From an uncultured Actinomycetes bacterium (lineage in GTDB: Bacteria; Actinomycetota; Thermoleophilia; UBA2241), in NCBI GenBank assembly GCA_963767005.1, contig CAVYCN010000002.1, positions 345,272-409,271 of the forward strand: DNA of 64,000 nt, written 5' to 3'. The notes below the pieces were generated by a model. The model ran no database searches, was not told the origin of the DNA, and saw only the letters and a program-made list of their open reading frames with translations. Positions 56,208 to 64,000 of this stretch are shown piece after piece (position 1 is the first letter of the stretch; each line of letters begins with the position of its first letter). The position numbers and the translations under genes were made by a program.

Positions 56208-56754
56208 GACACAGGGCGTTCTACGAACGTGATTCAAACGCACGATAATCAATGTTATGTAAAGCTACGACCGTCAGCGACTTCTGAGCCGGTCATGCGC
56301 CTCGATCACCGCCTCCGCTCCCCCGACGGCCACCGAGGTGCCCGTCCAAAGCCGGATTTCTGCGAACACTCTCACCTGACAGCCCATCTCGTCCCGTGAC
56401 GGCGCCGCACCGGCACAGACCGGTGAATCGCTCGCACCACGGCGGCCGGCGCGCGTTCGTCAGCGTGGTCATTCGCGCCGCACGCTGAGTCACGACCCCT
56501 CGACTTGCGCCGCTGCGGCGGATCGCCGGACGTTCTTGTGCCTGTCGACGTTTGATCGCGTGCCTCTTCCCCGGCCGCCTCCGACCACCGCATACGATGC
56601 GCATCGTGACAGCGGCAGTCTGGCCGTCTGGCGCGCCGTGCTTTGCGCTTGGCCGCGCGGTATGATGTCGCCCATCAGGCGAACAGACGTTCGCGCCGAG
56701 CCGCGCCGCCGTCGACCGGAGCTTGCGGTCGCGGGCACGACGCAAGGGGGTCTC

Positions 56755-57645
56755 GTGAAGGCGACGATCATTGCCGTACCGTACGCCGCAGGGCGTTTCG
56801 CCACAGGCATGGGGCTGGGCCCCGTGAAGTACCTGGCGACGCACCCCGAGGTGGCGCTCGCTGCAGGGGGACACGACGTCGAGGTGGTCGAGGTGCGGCC
56901 CCGCCTCGACCCCGCGTTCGATGAGCCGGCGGCCGTCGCCGTGATCGACACCGCGCTGGCGGATGCCGCGGCGGCGGCCCTTGCCGCGGGGCGGTTCCCG
57001 CTGGTCCTGGCCGGCAACTGCAACAGCGCCCTCGGCACGCTCGCGGGCATGCAGGCGACCGGCGCGACCCGCGTCGGCATCGTCTGGTTCGACGCCCACG
57101 GCGACCTCAACACCCCGGATACCACGCCGGGCGGGTTCTTCGACGGCATGGGCCTGGCCATCGCCACCGGGCGGACGGGCGCCGACATCGCCGCGGCGAT
57201 CGGCGTCCGCCCGGTGCTCGAGGCGCACGTGCTCCACCTGGGTGCTCGCGACCTCGATCCGCCGGAGATCGCCTATCTCGCGCGCGGCGTCATGCCGTCG
57301 ATCGGCGCCGCCGCGCTGCAAGCCGACGTTGCGGGCGCGCCCGACGGCGCGCTCCGCGCTGCCTTGGCGGCGCTGCGCGCCGCCACCGACCAGGTCTACC
57401 TGCACGTCGACATCGACGTGCTCGCGGCCGGCTTCGCACCCGGCGTCGACTTCCCGTCCGCCGGTGGCCTGTCCTTGCCCGACCTCGAGAACGCGCTCAG
57501 GCGGGTCGTCGCCGAGCTGCCGGTGCGCGCCGCGGCGCTCACCGCCTACGATCCCGATCGTGACCGCGGCGAGGTCACCCTGCGCTCGGGGCTGCGTCTG
57601 GTGACCGTGATCGCCGACGCGCTGCAGGCGAAGGCCGGCCGCTGA
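56755..57645 (+). CDS. arginase/agmatinase/formiminoglutamase-family ureohydrolase
   Basis: Binuclear Mn-site motifs of the arginase family (GNCNSALG, WFDAHGDLNTP, HVDIDVLAAG). AAGGGGG RBS before GTG 56755. Substrate specificity is not determinable from the sequence. Confidence 0.8.
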   Translation: MKATIIAVPYAAGRFATGMGLGPVKYLATHPEVALAAGGHDVEVVEVRPRLDPAFDEPAAVAVIDTALADAAAAALAAGRFPLVLAGNCNSALGTLAGMQATGATRVGIVWFDAHGDLNTPDTTPGGFFDGMGLAIATGRTGADIAAAIGVRPVLEAHVLHLGARDLDPPEIAYLARGVMPSIGAAALQADVAGAPDGALRAALAALRAATDQVYLHVDIDVLAAGFAPGVDFPSAGGLSLPDLENALRRVVAELPVRAAALTAYDPDRDRGEVTLRSGLRLVTVIADALQAKAGR

Positions 57646-57665
57646 GCCGCCCGACGCCGGCCGGG

Positions 57666-58193
57666 TCAGTACGAGATCAGCGTGAAGACGTCGACGCCCG
57701 GCAGCTTGTCGCGGCCACCGAGGTCGGCGAGCTCGATGAGGAACGCGGCGCCGACGACGTTACCGCCCATCTTCTGGGCGAGACGCACCTTCGCAGCGGC
57801 CGTGCCGCCGGTGGCGAGCAGGTCGTCGTGGATCAGGACGTTCGTGCCGGGCGCGATCGCGTCGGCGTGCACCTCGAGCGCGTCGGTGCCGTACTCGAGC
57901 TCGTACGACTCGGACACAGTGTCGAACGGCAGCTTGCCGGGCTTGCGGGCGCACACGAAGCCGGCGCCCAGCGCGTAGGCGAGCGCCGAGCCCAGGATGA
58001 AGCCGCGCGACTCGGCCCCCAGCACCACGTCGACGTGACGGCCGGCCGACCACTCGGCCATGCGGTCGACGGCTGCGCGCAGCGCGCGCGGGTCCTGGAG
58101 CAGCGGCATGATGTCGCGAAAGAGGATGCCGGGCTTGGGAAAGTCGGGGATCGCACGGATGCGTGCGGCGAGATCGACCTGGGCGTCCTGCAC
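57666..58193 (-). CDS. apt: adenine phosphoribosyltransferase
   Basis: PRTase motif (VLIHDDLLATGGTA) with a conserved Apt N-terminus (DFPKPGILFRDI). Confidence 0.9.
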   Translation of the reverse strand: MQDAQVDLAARIRAIPDFPKPGILFRDIMPLLQDPRALRAAVDRMAEWSAGRHVDVVLGAESRGFILGSALAYALGAGFVCARKPGKLPFDTVSESYELEYGTDALEVHADAIAPGTNVLIHDDLLATGGTAAAKVRLAQKMGGNVVGAAFLIELADLGGRDKLPGVDVFTLISY

Positions 58194-58239
58194 GGTGTCC
58201 TCCTGGTGCCGTGGCGCGGGCTGACCGGTCCGCGAGCCG

Positions 58240-58959
58240 CTAGACCGTGAGCCGTCGGATGTAGCGCGTGAGCAGCAGCTGCTGGAGCTGCGACATGGCC
58301 TGGGCGAGCTCCTCGAGGGCGTCGAGGGCCTCCTGACGTTGCTCGGCCCGGCGCGAGCGCAGCGCCGGCAGGATGACCTGCTCGATGAGGCCGCCCTCGC
58401 GGTCGACGGCGCTCTTCATGGCGCGCAGGTTCTTGGGCCGCAGACCGGCGCGCGCCAGGCGCGCCGCCGTGGCGACCACGCTGGCCTCGAGCTCGGTGTA
58501 GCGGCGCACGCCGCTCACCTGGCGGCCCTTGACGAGCTCGTACTCCTCGAGCTCGGACAGCAGGGCGCCGTCGGCGCCGGCGAGCTGCTGCAACTCCTCG
58601 GCGGTGAACTCCTTCTCGCCCGCGGGATTGGGCACGAAGTCGGCCTTGCGCAGGCCGCCACGCGCCGGCCCGGCCACGCCCGCCGGCGCGCGCTCGATCT
58701 CTTTGCGGATCACCTTGAGCGGCAGGTAGTCGTCGCGCTGCATGGCGAGCACGCGGATGAGACGCTGGTAGTCGTCGCGCGAGAAGAGCCGGTAGCCGCC
58801 CTTAGTGCGGCGCGGCGCGACCAGGCCCTGCTCCTCGAGGTAGCGCAGCTTGCTGACGCTGATGTCGGGGAACTCGCCCTTGAGGCGGTCGACCACCGCC
58901 CCGATGGTCATGAGCTTCTCGTCGCCGATGTCGAACAGGACTTCGGTCTTCTCGTTCAC
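58240..58959 (-). CDS. MerR-family transcriptional regulator (Rv1828/FtsR-like)
   Basis: N-terminal MerR HTH (MTIGAVVDRLKGEFPDISVSKLRYLEEQGLVAPRRTKGGYRLFS...QRDDYLPLKVIRKEI) closely resembles the conserved actinobacterial Rv1828-type regulator found downstream of the FHA gene garA. Confidence 0.75.
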   Translation of the reverse strand: MNEKTEVLFDIGDEKLMTIGAVVDRLKGEFPDISVSKLRYLEEQGLVAPRRTKGGYRLFSRDDYQRLIRVLAMQRDDYLPLKVIRKEIERAPAGVAGPARGGLRKADFVPNPAGEKEFTAEELQQLAGADGALLSELEEYELVKGRQVSGVRRYTELEASVVATAARLARAGLRPKNLRAMKSAVDREGGLIEQVILPALRSRRAEQRQEALDALEELAQAMSQLQQLLLTRYIRRLTV

Positions 58960-59411
58960 GGCGTGATGAAGGTGAGCTTGTACTTGCCGACCTGCAGCTC
59001 GTCGCCGTCGAGGAGGGTCTGGCGCTCGATGCGCCGGCGATTGACGTACGTGCCGTTGAGGCTGCCCTGGTCGGCGATCACGTAGGCGTCGTCCTCGCGC
59101 GTGACCACGGCGTGGTTGCGCGACACGGTGACGTCGTCTAAGAACACGTCGGAGTCGGGGTGGCGCCCGATCGCGGTGCGCTCGCCCTTGAGCTCGTAGG
59201 TCTCACCCGCGCGCCCACCGCCGCTGCGGATGACGAGCGTGGCGCGCTCGGGCAGTTGACGCGAGAGCGGCGGCAGCGTTTCGGGGCTGTCGCCGGGCGA
59301 GTAGTTCATGGTGGTCTGGGGGTCCGTCTTGTCGGCGATCAGGCTGGCGCCGCAGCGCACGCAGAAGTTGACGCCCTCGGAGTTGCGGTACCCGCAGTTC
59401 GGGCAGAACAC
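58956..59411 (-). CDS. FHA-domain protein with N-terminal zinc ribbon (GarA/OdhI-like)
   Basis: CPNCGYRN...CVRCG zinc ribbon, then an FHA domain (TAIGRHPDSDVFLDDVTVSRNHAVV...YVIADQGSLNGTYVN). Confidence 0.8.
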   Translation of the reverse strand: MFCPNCGYRNSEGVNFCVRCGASLIADKTDPQTTMNYSPGDSPETLPPLSRQLPERATLVIRSGGGRAGETYELKGERTAIGRHPDSDVFLDDVTVSRNHAVVTREDDAYVIADQGSLNGTYVNRRRIERQTLLDGDELQVGKYKLTFITP

Positions 59412-59415
59412 GGGT

Positions 59416-59697
59416 CTAGTGCCCGCCGCTTGCGCCTTCGCCTTCGGCGAGGCCGGCCGCGGGATGCTTGCCGGCGAGGATCTCGGAGAGGCGTGAGACG
59501 TCGTCGGCGGTGATGATCGACTCGCCGGCCGCGTGCTCGCGCTGCAGACGCAGGACGAGTTCGGCCCGCAGGATGTCGATCTTGCCGTGGAGGATGCGCC
59601 GCTGACGGGAGACTTCCTGCTCCTCGGCGGTCAACGTGCCGATGAGCGCCTTGAGCTCCTCGTCGGACAGCGACACGAAGTCGATGATGTCGTCCAT
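59416..59697 (-). CDS. small coiled-coil protein (hypothetical)
   Basis: 93 aa of helical/heptad-like sequence (SLSDEELKALIGTLTAEEQEVSRQRRILHGKIDILRAELVLRLQ). AAAGGA RBS before the ATG. It is separated from the FHA gene by 4 nt. Confidence 0.5.
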   Translation of the reverse strand: MDDIIDFVSLSDEELKALIGTLTAEEQEVSRQRRILHGKIDILRAELVLRLQREHAAGESIITADDVSRLSEILAGKHPAAGLAEGEGASGGH

Positions 59698-59732
59698 CGC
59701 TGGTCCTTTTCGTCGTACCGACCGGGAGAGTT

Positions 59733-59761
59733 ACCTTACAGGACCCGAAGGCAACCTTCAA
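59733..59761 (-). promoter_or_regulatory. putative sigma70 promoter (TTGAAG-17 nt-TAAGGT) for the coiled-coil-FHA-MerR operon
   Basis: Hexamers read on the minus strand about 35 nt upstream of the small-protein ATG. They lie in the 128-bp gap after the DUF4388 gene. Confidence 0.4.
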
Positions 59762-59825
59762 CTTCACGTTGAGATATCCCCGTTGACGGACGCACCGACG
59801 CCGCAGCGCGCGCCCGGCGCGACGC

Positions 59826-60365
59826 TCAGGTCACGAGGCGCACGACGTCGCGCTCGCGCAGCCGGGCGACCGCGAGCAGCACGTCGTACTCGTCGGCCAT
59901 GCCCTCGACGAGGGCACCCGCGACGATGTCGCCGACGCTGCGCCGGCCGGGCCCGAGAAAGCCGAGCACGGTGGCCTCGACCGAGTCGTGCGGTTCGCCG
60001 CCGAGCAGTGAGACCAGGCCGTACGACGGCAGGGCGTCACGCAGCCGGCCGATCTCGTCGACGCGGCGCATGGCCTCCATGAGGAGCGAGCCCGTGGGCA
60101 GGTCGGCCGCCGGCGCGTCGCCGGGGTCGAGGTCGGGATCGAATACGAAGCCGCCCTCCTTGAGACCGATCAGGGCGTAGAAGGCACGCTCGCCGACCAG
60201 CGCTCCGCACGAGGCCGACGTGAGGGTGCCGCCGCGAAAGGCGAGGCGCCCGGCCGGGGAGCCGTCGGCCTGGGTGACGTCGAGCACGCCCGTCTTGCCG
60301 CCCAGCGCCGTGATCTCGACGAGGTCGCACAGCGCAAGCTCCGAGAGGTTGCCCGTGAAGCTCAT
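59826..60365 (-). CDS. DUF4388 domain protein
   Basis: The N-terminus (GNLSELALCDLVEITALGGKTGVLDV) matches the DUF4388 pattern. It is divergent from mglB-mglA. Confidence 0.65.
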   Translation of the reverse strand: MSFTGNLSELALCDLVEITALGGKTGVLDVTQADGSPAGRLAFRGGTLTSASCGALVGERAFYALIGLKEGGFVFDPDLDPGDAPAADLPTGSLLMEAMRRVDEIGRLRDALPSYGLVSLLGGEPHDSVEATVLGFLGPGRRSVGDIVAGALVEGMADEYDVLLAVARLRERDVVRLVT

Positions 60366-60504
60366 GATCGTCCTCGAGCGGCCGTTTCCACGCCCGGCAG
60401 TCTACCACGCGGCCTCGCCTTCCCTCCCCCGCCGGCTCATGTTCGGCGCCTCGCGCGACGATACAGCAAGCGGTGCAACGCAGGCACTCTTGCGGCGGCT
60501 GCCT

Positions 60505-60513
60505 GATATACTG
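60505..60513 (+). promoter_or_regulatory. putative extended -10 promoter (TGATATACT) for mglB-mglA
   Basis: A TGn-TATACT element in an otherwise GC-rich divergent intergenic region, about 35 nt upstream of the mglB GTG, which has a GAAAGGAGA RBS. Confidence 0.4.
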
Positions 60514-60546
60514 CGCCAAAAGCGCGCCGTGCTCGAAAGGAGACCT

Positions 60547-61047
60547 GTGGCGAAGCGGAAAGGCCTCGTCATCAACGACCGCCAGCTCGACCTGTGCGAC
60601 GACCTCCTGCGCAAGCTCAAGGACGTCACCGGGTCCACCTTCCTGGCGCTCATCTCCACCTCGGGGCAGCCGATCACGACGGCTTCCGACGACTATCACC
60701 CCGAGACCCTGTCGCTCGCGTCGCTCGCAGCGAGCTCGTTCGCCGCGACGCAGCAGCTCGCCAGCATCCTCGACGAAAAGGAGTTCACGCTCCTCTTCCA
60801 CGAGGGCAAGACCTCGAACCTGCACGTGTCCCAGGTCTCCGACCAGGTGCTGCTCATCATCACCTTCGGGCGCGAGACCCAGGTCGGCAAGGTGCGTCTG
60901 TACACGCAGCGCGCAATCGAGGTGCTGCGCCCCATCTTCGAGGGCTCAGACGAAGAGAACGAAGCGCTGTCGGTCGACGACGATTACGAAGTCACGGCCG
61001 GCAAGGCGATCGACGACCTGTTCGCCGACCTCGAGGGACAGCCCTGA
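60547..61047 (+). CDS. mglB: roadblock/LC7 domain protein (MglB-like GTPase-activating protein)
   Basis: 166-aa roadblock-fold protein immediately upstream of, and 1 nt from, the mglA ATG. The start GTG 60547 is in frame within ORF 60220..61047. Confidence 0.7.
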   Translation: MAKRKGLVINDRQLDLCDDLLRKLKDVTGSTFLALISTSGQPITTASDDYHPETLSLASLAASSFAATQQLASILDEKEFTLLFHEGKTSNLHVSQVSDQVLLIITFGRETQVGKVRLYTQRAIEVLRPIFEGSDEENEALSVDDDYEVTAGKAIDDLFADLEGQP

Positions 61048-61048
61048 G

Positions 61049-61627
61049 ATGCCCCTGATCAACTTCGCCGCGCGCGAGATCAACTACAAGATCGTCTACT
61101 ACGGCTGCGGGCTCTGCGGCAAGACGACGAACATCCAGTACATCCACCGCAAGATCAACCCTTCGGCGCGCGGCAAGCTCGTCTCGATCGCCACCGAAGA
61201 GGAGCGCACCCTCTACTTCGACTTCCTGCCGCTCAGCCTCGGCACGGTCAAGGGCATGCAGACCCGCTTCCACCTGTACACCGTGCCCGGCCAGAGCTAC
61301 TACAACGCGAGCCGCAAGCTCGTCCTGCAGGGCGTCGACGGTGTGATCTTCGTGGGCGACTCGCAGATCACCCGCCTGGACGAGAACGTCGAGAGCTACC
61401 TGAACCTCTGGGACAACCTCATCGCCCAGGGCGACGACCTCTCACGGCTGGGCTTCGTGATCCAGATGAACAAGCGCGACTTGATCGACATCTTCTCGGT
61501 CGAGGACCTGAACGAGTTGCTCAACCACACGCAGTCGCCGGTGATCGAAGCCTGCGCGGTGAGCGGTCTCGGCGTGTTCGATACGCTCAAGCTCTGCTGC
61601 AAGCAGGTGATCGCGAAAACGGCCTGA
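61049..61627 (+). CDS. mglA: Ras-like small GTPase MglA
   Basis: Strong match to the MglA family (INYKIVYYGCGLCGKTTNIQYI...DRTLYFDFLPLSLG...TRFHLYTVPGQSYYNASRKLVLQGVDGVIFVGDSQ...NKRDL). Confidence 0.85.
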   Translation: MPLINFAAREINYKIVYYGCGLCGKTTNIQYIHRKINPSARGKLVSIATEEERTLYFDFLPLSLGTVKGMQTRFHLYTVPGQSYYNASRKLVLQGVDGVIFVGDSQITRLDENVESYLNLWDNLIAQGDDLSRLGFVIQMNKRDLIDIFSVEDLNELLNHTQSPVIEACAVSGLGVFDTLKLCCKQVIAKTA

Positions 61628-61716
61628 GGGCCGTCCGCTCCAGCGCGGATCGACGCTCGGTCCCCTCGTCCCACCTGTGGCGCCCTCGTCCCCCTGTGCC
61701 GCCGGACCTCGGCGTG

Positions 61717-63531
61717 CTACTGCTCGGTCCCGACACGCTCGATCCAGTCCTTGGGCGCGTAGGTCGACACGAACGAGTCCACGAAGAGCACGCGGCCGTT
61801 CTGCCGGACGGTACGCACAACCTTGACCGTGCGGCCGGCGAAGCCCTGCTCGTACGACACGATGCCCTTGGGCAGCGTGTCGTCGGTGATCACGCGCGGG
61901 TGCTGACGCGAGGTGTCCGTCGGCACCCAGTCGTAGAACGCGCTCGTCGTGAAGGTGACGGTGCGCCCCGTGCTGCCCACCAGCACCACGGTCACCTGGC
62001 CGCCGCCGGCCCAGCAGCGCAGCAGGAGCGCGTGGCCCGTGTCGTTGCGAAAGCGCAGGTCCTGCGAGCCGTAGGCGACCTGCGCGTCGCGGCCGATCGG
62101 GTAATGGTCGATCCAGAAGTCGTGCGGATGCCGCTCCACGACCGGCAGGCCGGCGAAGAAGACGGCGTTGAACAGCGTCGTCGCGAACTGGCACAGACCA
62201 CCGCCGACGCCGAGCCGCAGCACTCCGCCCTCGATCACCGGGGCGTAGTCGAAGCCACGGTCGAGCGTGCGCGGCCCGAGGGTCTGGTTCAGCGAGAAGA
62301 CCTCGCCCGGCTTGATCACGGTGCCGTCGCAGAGCTTCGCGGCCTGGATGATGTTCTGGGCGCGCGGCTTGTTCGTCTGGTCGTAGTAGGTCGTGAACTG
62401 GGAGCCCAGGCCGTCGAGCCCGAGCGACGTGAGGTCCTCGGTCGTGGTCGTGGGCTCGAGGGTCGTGAGCGGCACGACCACCTGGCGCAGGCCGGGCTGG
62501 CTTGCCACATAGTCCATGTCCGACAGCAGGGTGGGCATGTCCAGGCCGAAGCCGGCGCTGCTCGGCGTGATCGACACCTCGCGGCCCTTGACCACTACGC
62601 GGGCGTTCACGGCGGGGTGGTCCGTGAAGGCGAAGAGGCGGTGCAGCCTGGCGCGCGCCCGCGGATTGTCGAAGGTCAGCGGGCTCGTCGTCGCGTCCGC
62701 GCCGGTGTTCACCGTCAGCATGGTCGCCATGGTCGCCGGGCTCAGGTCGATCTCCTGACCTCTGAAGCGCAGCCGCAGCGGGCTGCTCAGGTACGTCGCG
62801 GCCTGCTCGGCCGCGACCTGGGCGGTGGCCGTGGTCACGGTCGGCTGGCTCGCCTCGAGGGGCACCGGCCCTTCGTAGCGGCCCCAGGCTGCCAGCGCCT
62901 GCTCGAGTCGCAGCCGCAGCGCGGCCGCGTCGATGGCGCTGCCCGTAGTGGCAGGACGCACGCTGACGGTCGTGCCGACCAGCACGAGGCGGGCGTCGCG
63001 GGGCGCCGTCTCGACATACGGCGCGATGCGCTCGACCGCGGCGGCGAGAGTGGTGACGTTGCAACGCACGACGGGTGCCACGACGCGGTGGCCGCCGAGC
63101 CACAGACGCAGCCCGAGCACGTCGACGCGGCCCGCCTGAGCGGCGCGTCGGGCCGTCGCCGCGGCGTCGACGCGCAGGCCCAGGTCGGCGAGCGTGAAGC
63201 GGACCGCGCCCTGCTTTGTCTGCAGCAGCACGGTCCCGAGGTCGCGCGCCGCAAGGAGTCCGGCGATGGCCGTGCGCGCCGGCGCCGGGCCGTCGCCGGC
63301 GAGACTGCGGTCGCCGGCCGTCACGCCGAAGGCGACACGGCCGTACAGGTAGCCCTGCAGGGCGCAGAATGCGATGACCACGACGGCGAGGCCCATCAGG
63401 GCGACGCGCAGCAGCGGACCGACGCGACGTGCGCCGGCCCCTCCTCCCCGGGCCGCGTGCGCCGGCCGGCGGCGGCGCCGCGCGCCGCCGCTCTCAGCTG
63501 GGTCCACGGGTGGTTCGGGATGGCTCGTCAT
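61717..63531 (-). CDS. VanW-domain protein with peptidoglycan-binding-like N-terminal region
   Basis: The C-terminal VanW domain (GGGLCQFATTLFNAVFFAGLPVVERHPHDFWIDHYPIGRDAQVAYG) is preceded by an N-terminal TM helix. Confidence 0.75.
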   Translation of the reverse strand: MTSHPEPPVDPAESGGARRRRRPAHAARGGGAGARRVGPLLRVALMGLAVVVIAFCALQGYLYGRVAFGVTAGDRSLAGDGPAPARTAIAGLLAARDLGTVLLQTKQGAVRFTLADLGLRVDAAATARRAAQAGRVDVLGLRLWLGGHRVVAPVVRCNVTTLAAAVERIAPYVETAPRDARLVLVGTTVSVRPATTGSAIDAAALRLRLEQALAAWGRYEGPVPLEASQPTVTTATAQVAAEQAATYLSSPLRLRFRGQEIDLSPATMATMLTVNTGADATTSPLTFDNPRARARLHRLFAFTDHPAVNARVVVKGREVSITPSSAGFGLDMPTLLSDMDYVASQPGLRQVVVPLTTLEPTTTTEDLTSLGLDGLGSQFTTYYDQTNKPRAQNIIQAAKLCDGTVIKPGEVFSLNQTLGPRTLDRGFDYAPVIEGGVLRLGVGGGLCQFATTLFNAVFFAGLPVVERHPHDFWIDHYPIGRDAQVAYGSQDLRFRNDTGHALLLRCWAGGGQVTVVLVGSTGRTVTFTTSAFYDWVPTDTSRQHPRVITDDTLPKGIVSYEQGFAGRTVKVVRTVRQNGRVLFVDSFVSTYAPKDWIERVGTEQ

Positions 63532-63729
63532 GGCTCCGCTCGGCGCTTGCGACTCGCGTCAGGGTTCACCGTACGGCCCGCGCTTCCCTGCAGAAGGTCC
63601 ACATCCCCTTCATCGGTCGTCGGGCCGTGAGCTTGACCGATCGCCGCGGCTGGAGCGTGGCCCGGCGCTGGGCATGCGGCCGGCGCCGGCTCGAGCGGTG
63701 CCGGCGTCGCGCCGTGAGAGCGCGCCGGC

Positions 63730-64000
63730 TCAGTCGGCCTTGGCGGCGATCACGGCCCTGACCTTGCCGACGAAGCCGTCGGCCAGTCGCTCGGAGGCGT
63801 CGCCGTCGACGCCCTCGGCGTAGATGTGGAACAGGGCCTCGTCGGCGTCGGGGATGATCTGCGCCCAGCCGCCCTTGTAGAAGACCTTGATGCCGTCGAG
63901 CAGGCTGAGACGGTGCCCGTCGCTGCGCTGCAGCTCTTCGGTGACGGTGCGCATGACCGTGCCCTTGAGCGACCACGGGCAGCCCACGGTCTTGTGCACG
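63730..64000 (-). CDS. phosphohexomutase (PGM/PMM family), C-terminal fragment; 5' part lies beyond window
   Basis: The C-terminal domain signature of alpha-D-phosphohexomutases (DGIKVFYKGGWAQIIPDADEALFHIYAEG, which maps to the TEPLxRIYAE block). Confidence 0.6.
   Translation of the reverse strand, partial: VHKTVGCPWSLKGTVMRTVTEELQRSDGHRLSLLDGIKVFYKGGWAQIIPDADEALFHIYAEGVDGDASERLADGFVGKVRAVIAAKAD

Noticed and set aside
56151-56754. Guanidine-I (ykkC) riboswitch in the arginase-family leader
   Set aside because: The conserved ykkC blocks as I recall them (UAGGG, GGUCCGAGAG, GGGA.AAAAGCCCGGG) are not visible by eye on either strand. I kept the region as an unexplained finding rather than calling a riboswitch.
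56293-57405. 370-aa minus-strand ORF overlapping the arginase-family gene and its leader
   Set aside because: The translation is Arg/Gly-rich junk. The plus-strand frame carries clear arginase-family metal-site motifs and an RBS.

Overview
This is a high-GC (about 70%+) chromosomal segment, densely packed with conserved housekeeping genes in long co-directional plus-strand operons. Start-stop overlaps (ATGA/GTGA) indicate frequent translational coupling. Recognised blocks are: (1) the tail of a cell-division cluster (pgeF/yfiH-yggS-sepF-proC-yggT-divIVA-yggU-lspA-rluD). (2) A pyrimidine operon with a PyrR attenuator leader (pyrR-pyrB-pyrC-carA-carB-pyrK-pyrD), followed by mihF-gmk-rpoZ-coaBC. 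(3) htpX-lemA on the minus strand, an L,D-transpeptidase and a small double zinc-ribbon protein. (4) rimP-nusA-ylxR-infB-ylxP-rbfA-nrnA-truB-ribF-rpsO-pnp-M16 peptidase-dapB-dapA-rnj-ftsK. (5) rodZ-like-yajQ-rimO-pgsA-cinA-thpR-recA-recX, then rny-miaB-[MEMO1-like + AMMECR1]-miaA-dapF-dapL-hflX-dut-nudix. (6) An accessory-looking tail: an arginase-family gene behind a 600-bp ORF-free leader, apt, and a signalling cluster with MerR(Rv1828-like)-FHA-coiled-coil-DUF4388 on the minus strand divergent from mglB-mglA (a Ras-like GTPase with its roadblock GAP), then a VanW-domain gene and the 3' end of a phosphohexomutase. I recognised no rRNA, tRNA, CRISPR array or mobile element. The gene order is strikingly Bacillus-like (RNase Y, RNase J, class 1B DHODH PyrK/PyrD, ymxG after pnp, ylxR/ylxP around infB), yet the genome is high-GC and encodes an actinobacterial-type mIHF. 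By inference this suggests a deep-branching high-GC Gram-positive lineage such as Thermoleophilia or Rubrobacteria. The many long antisense ORFs in the six-frame track are high-GC artefacts.
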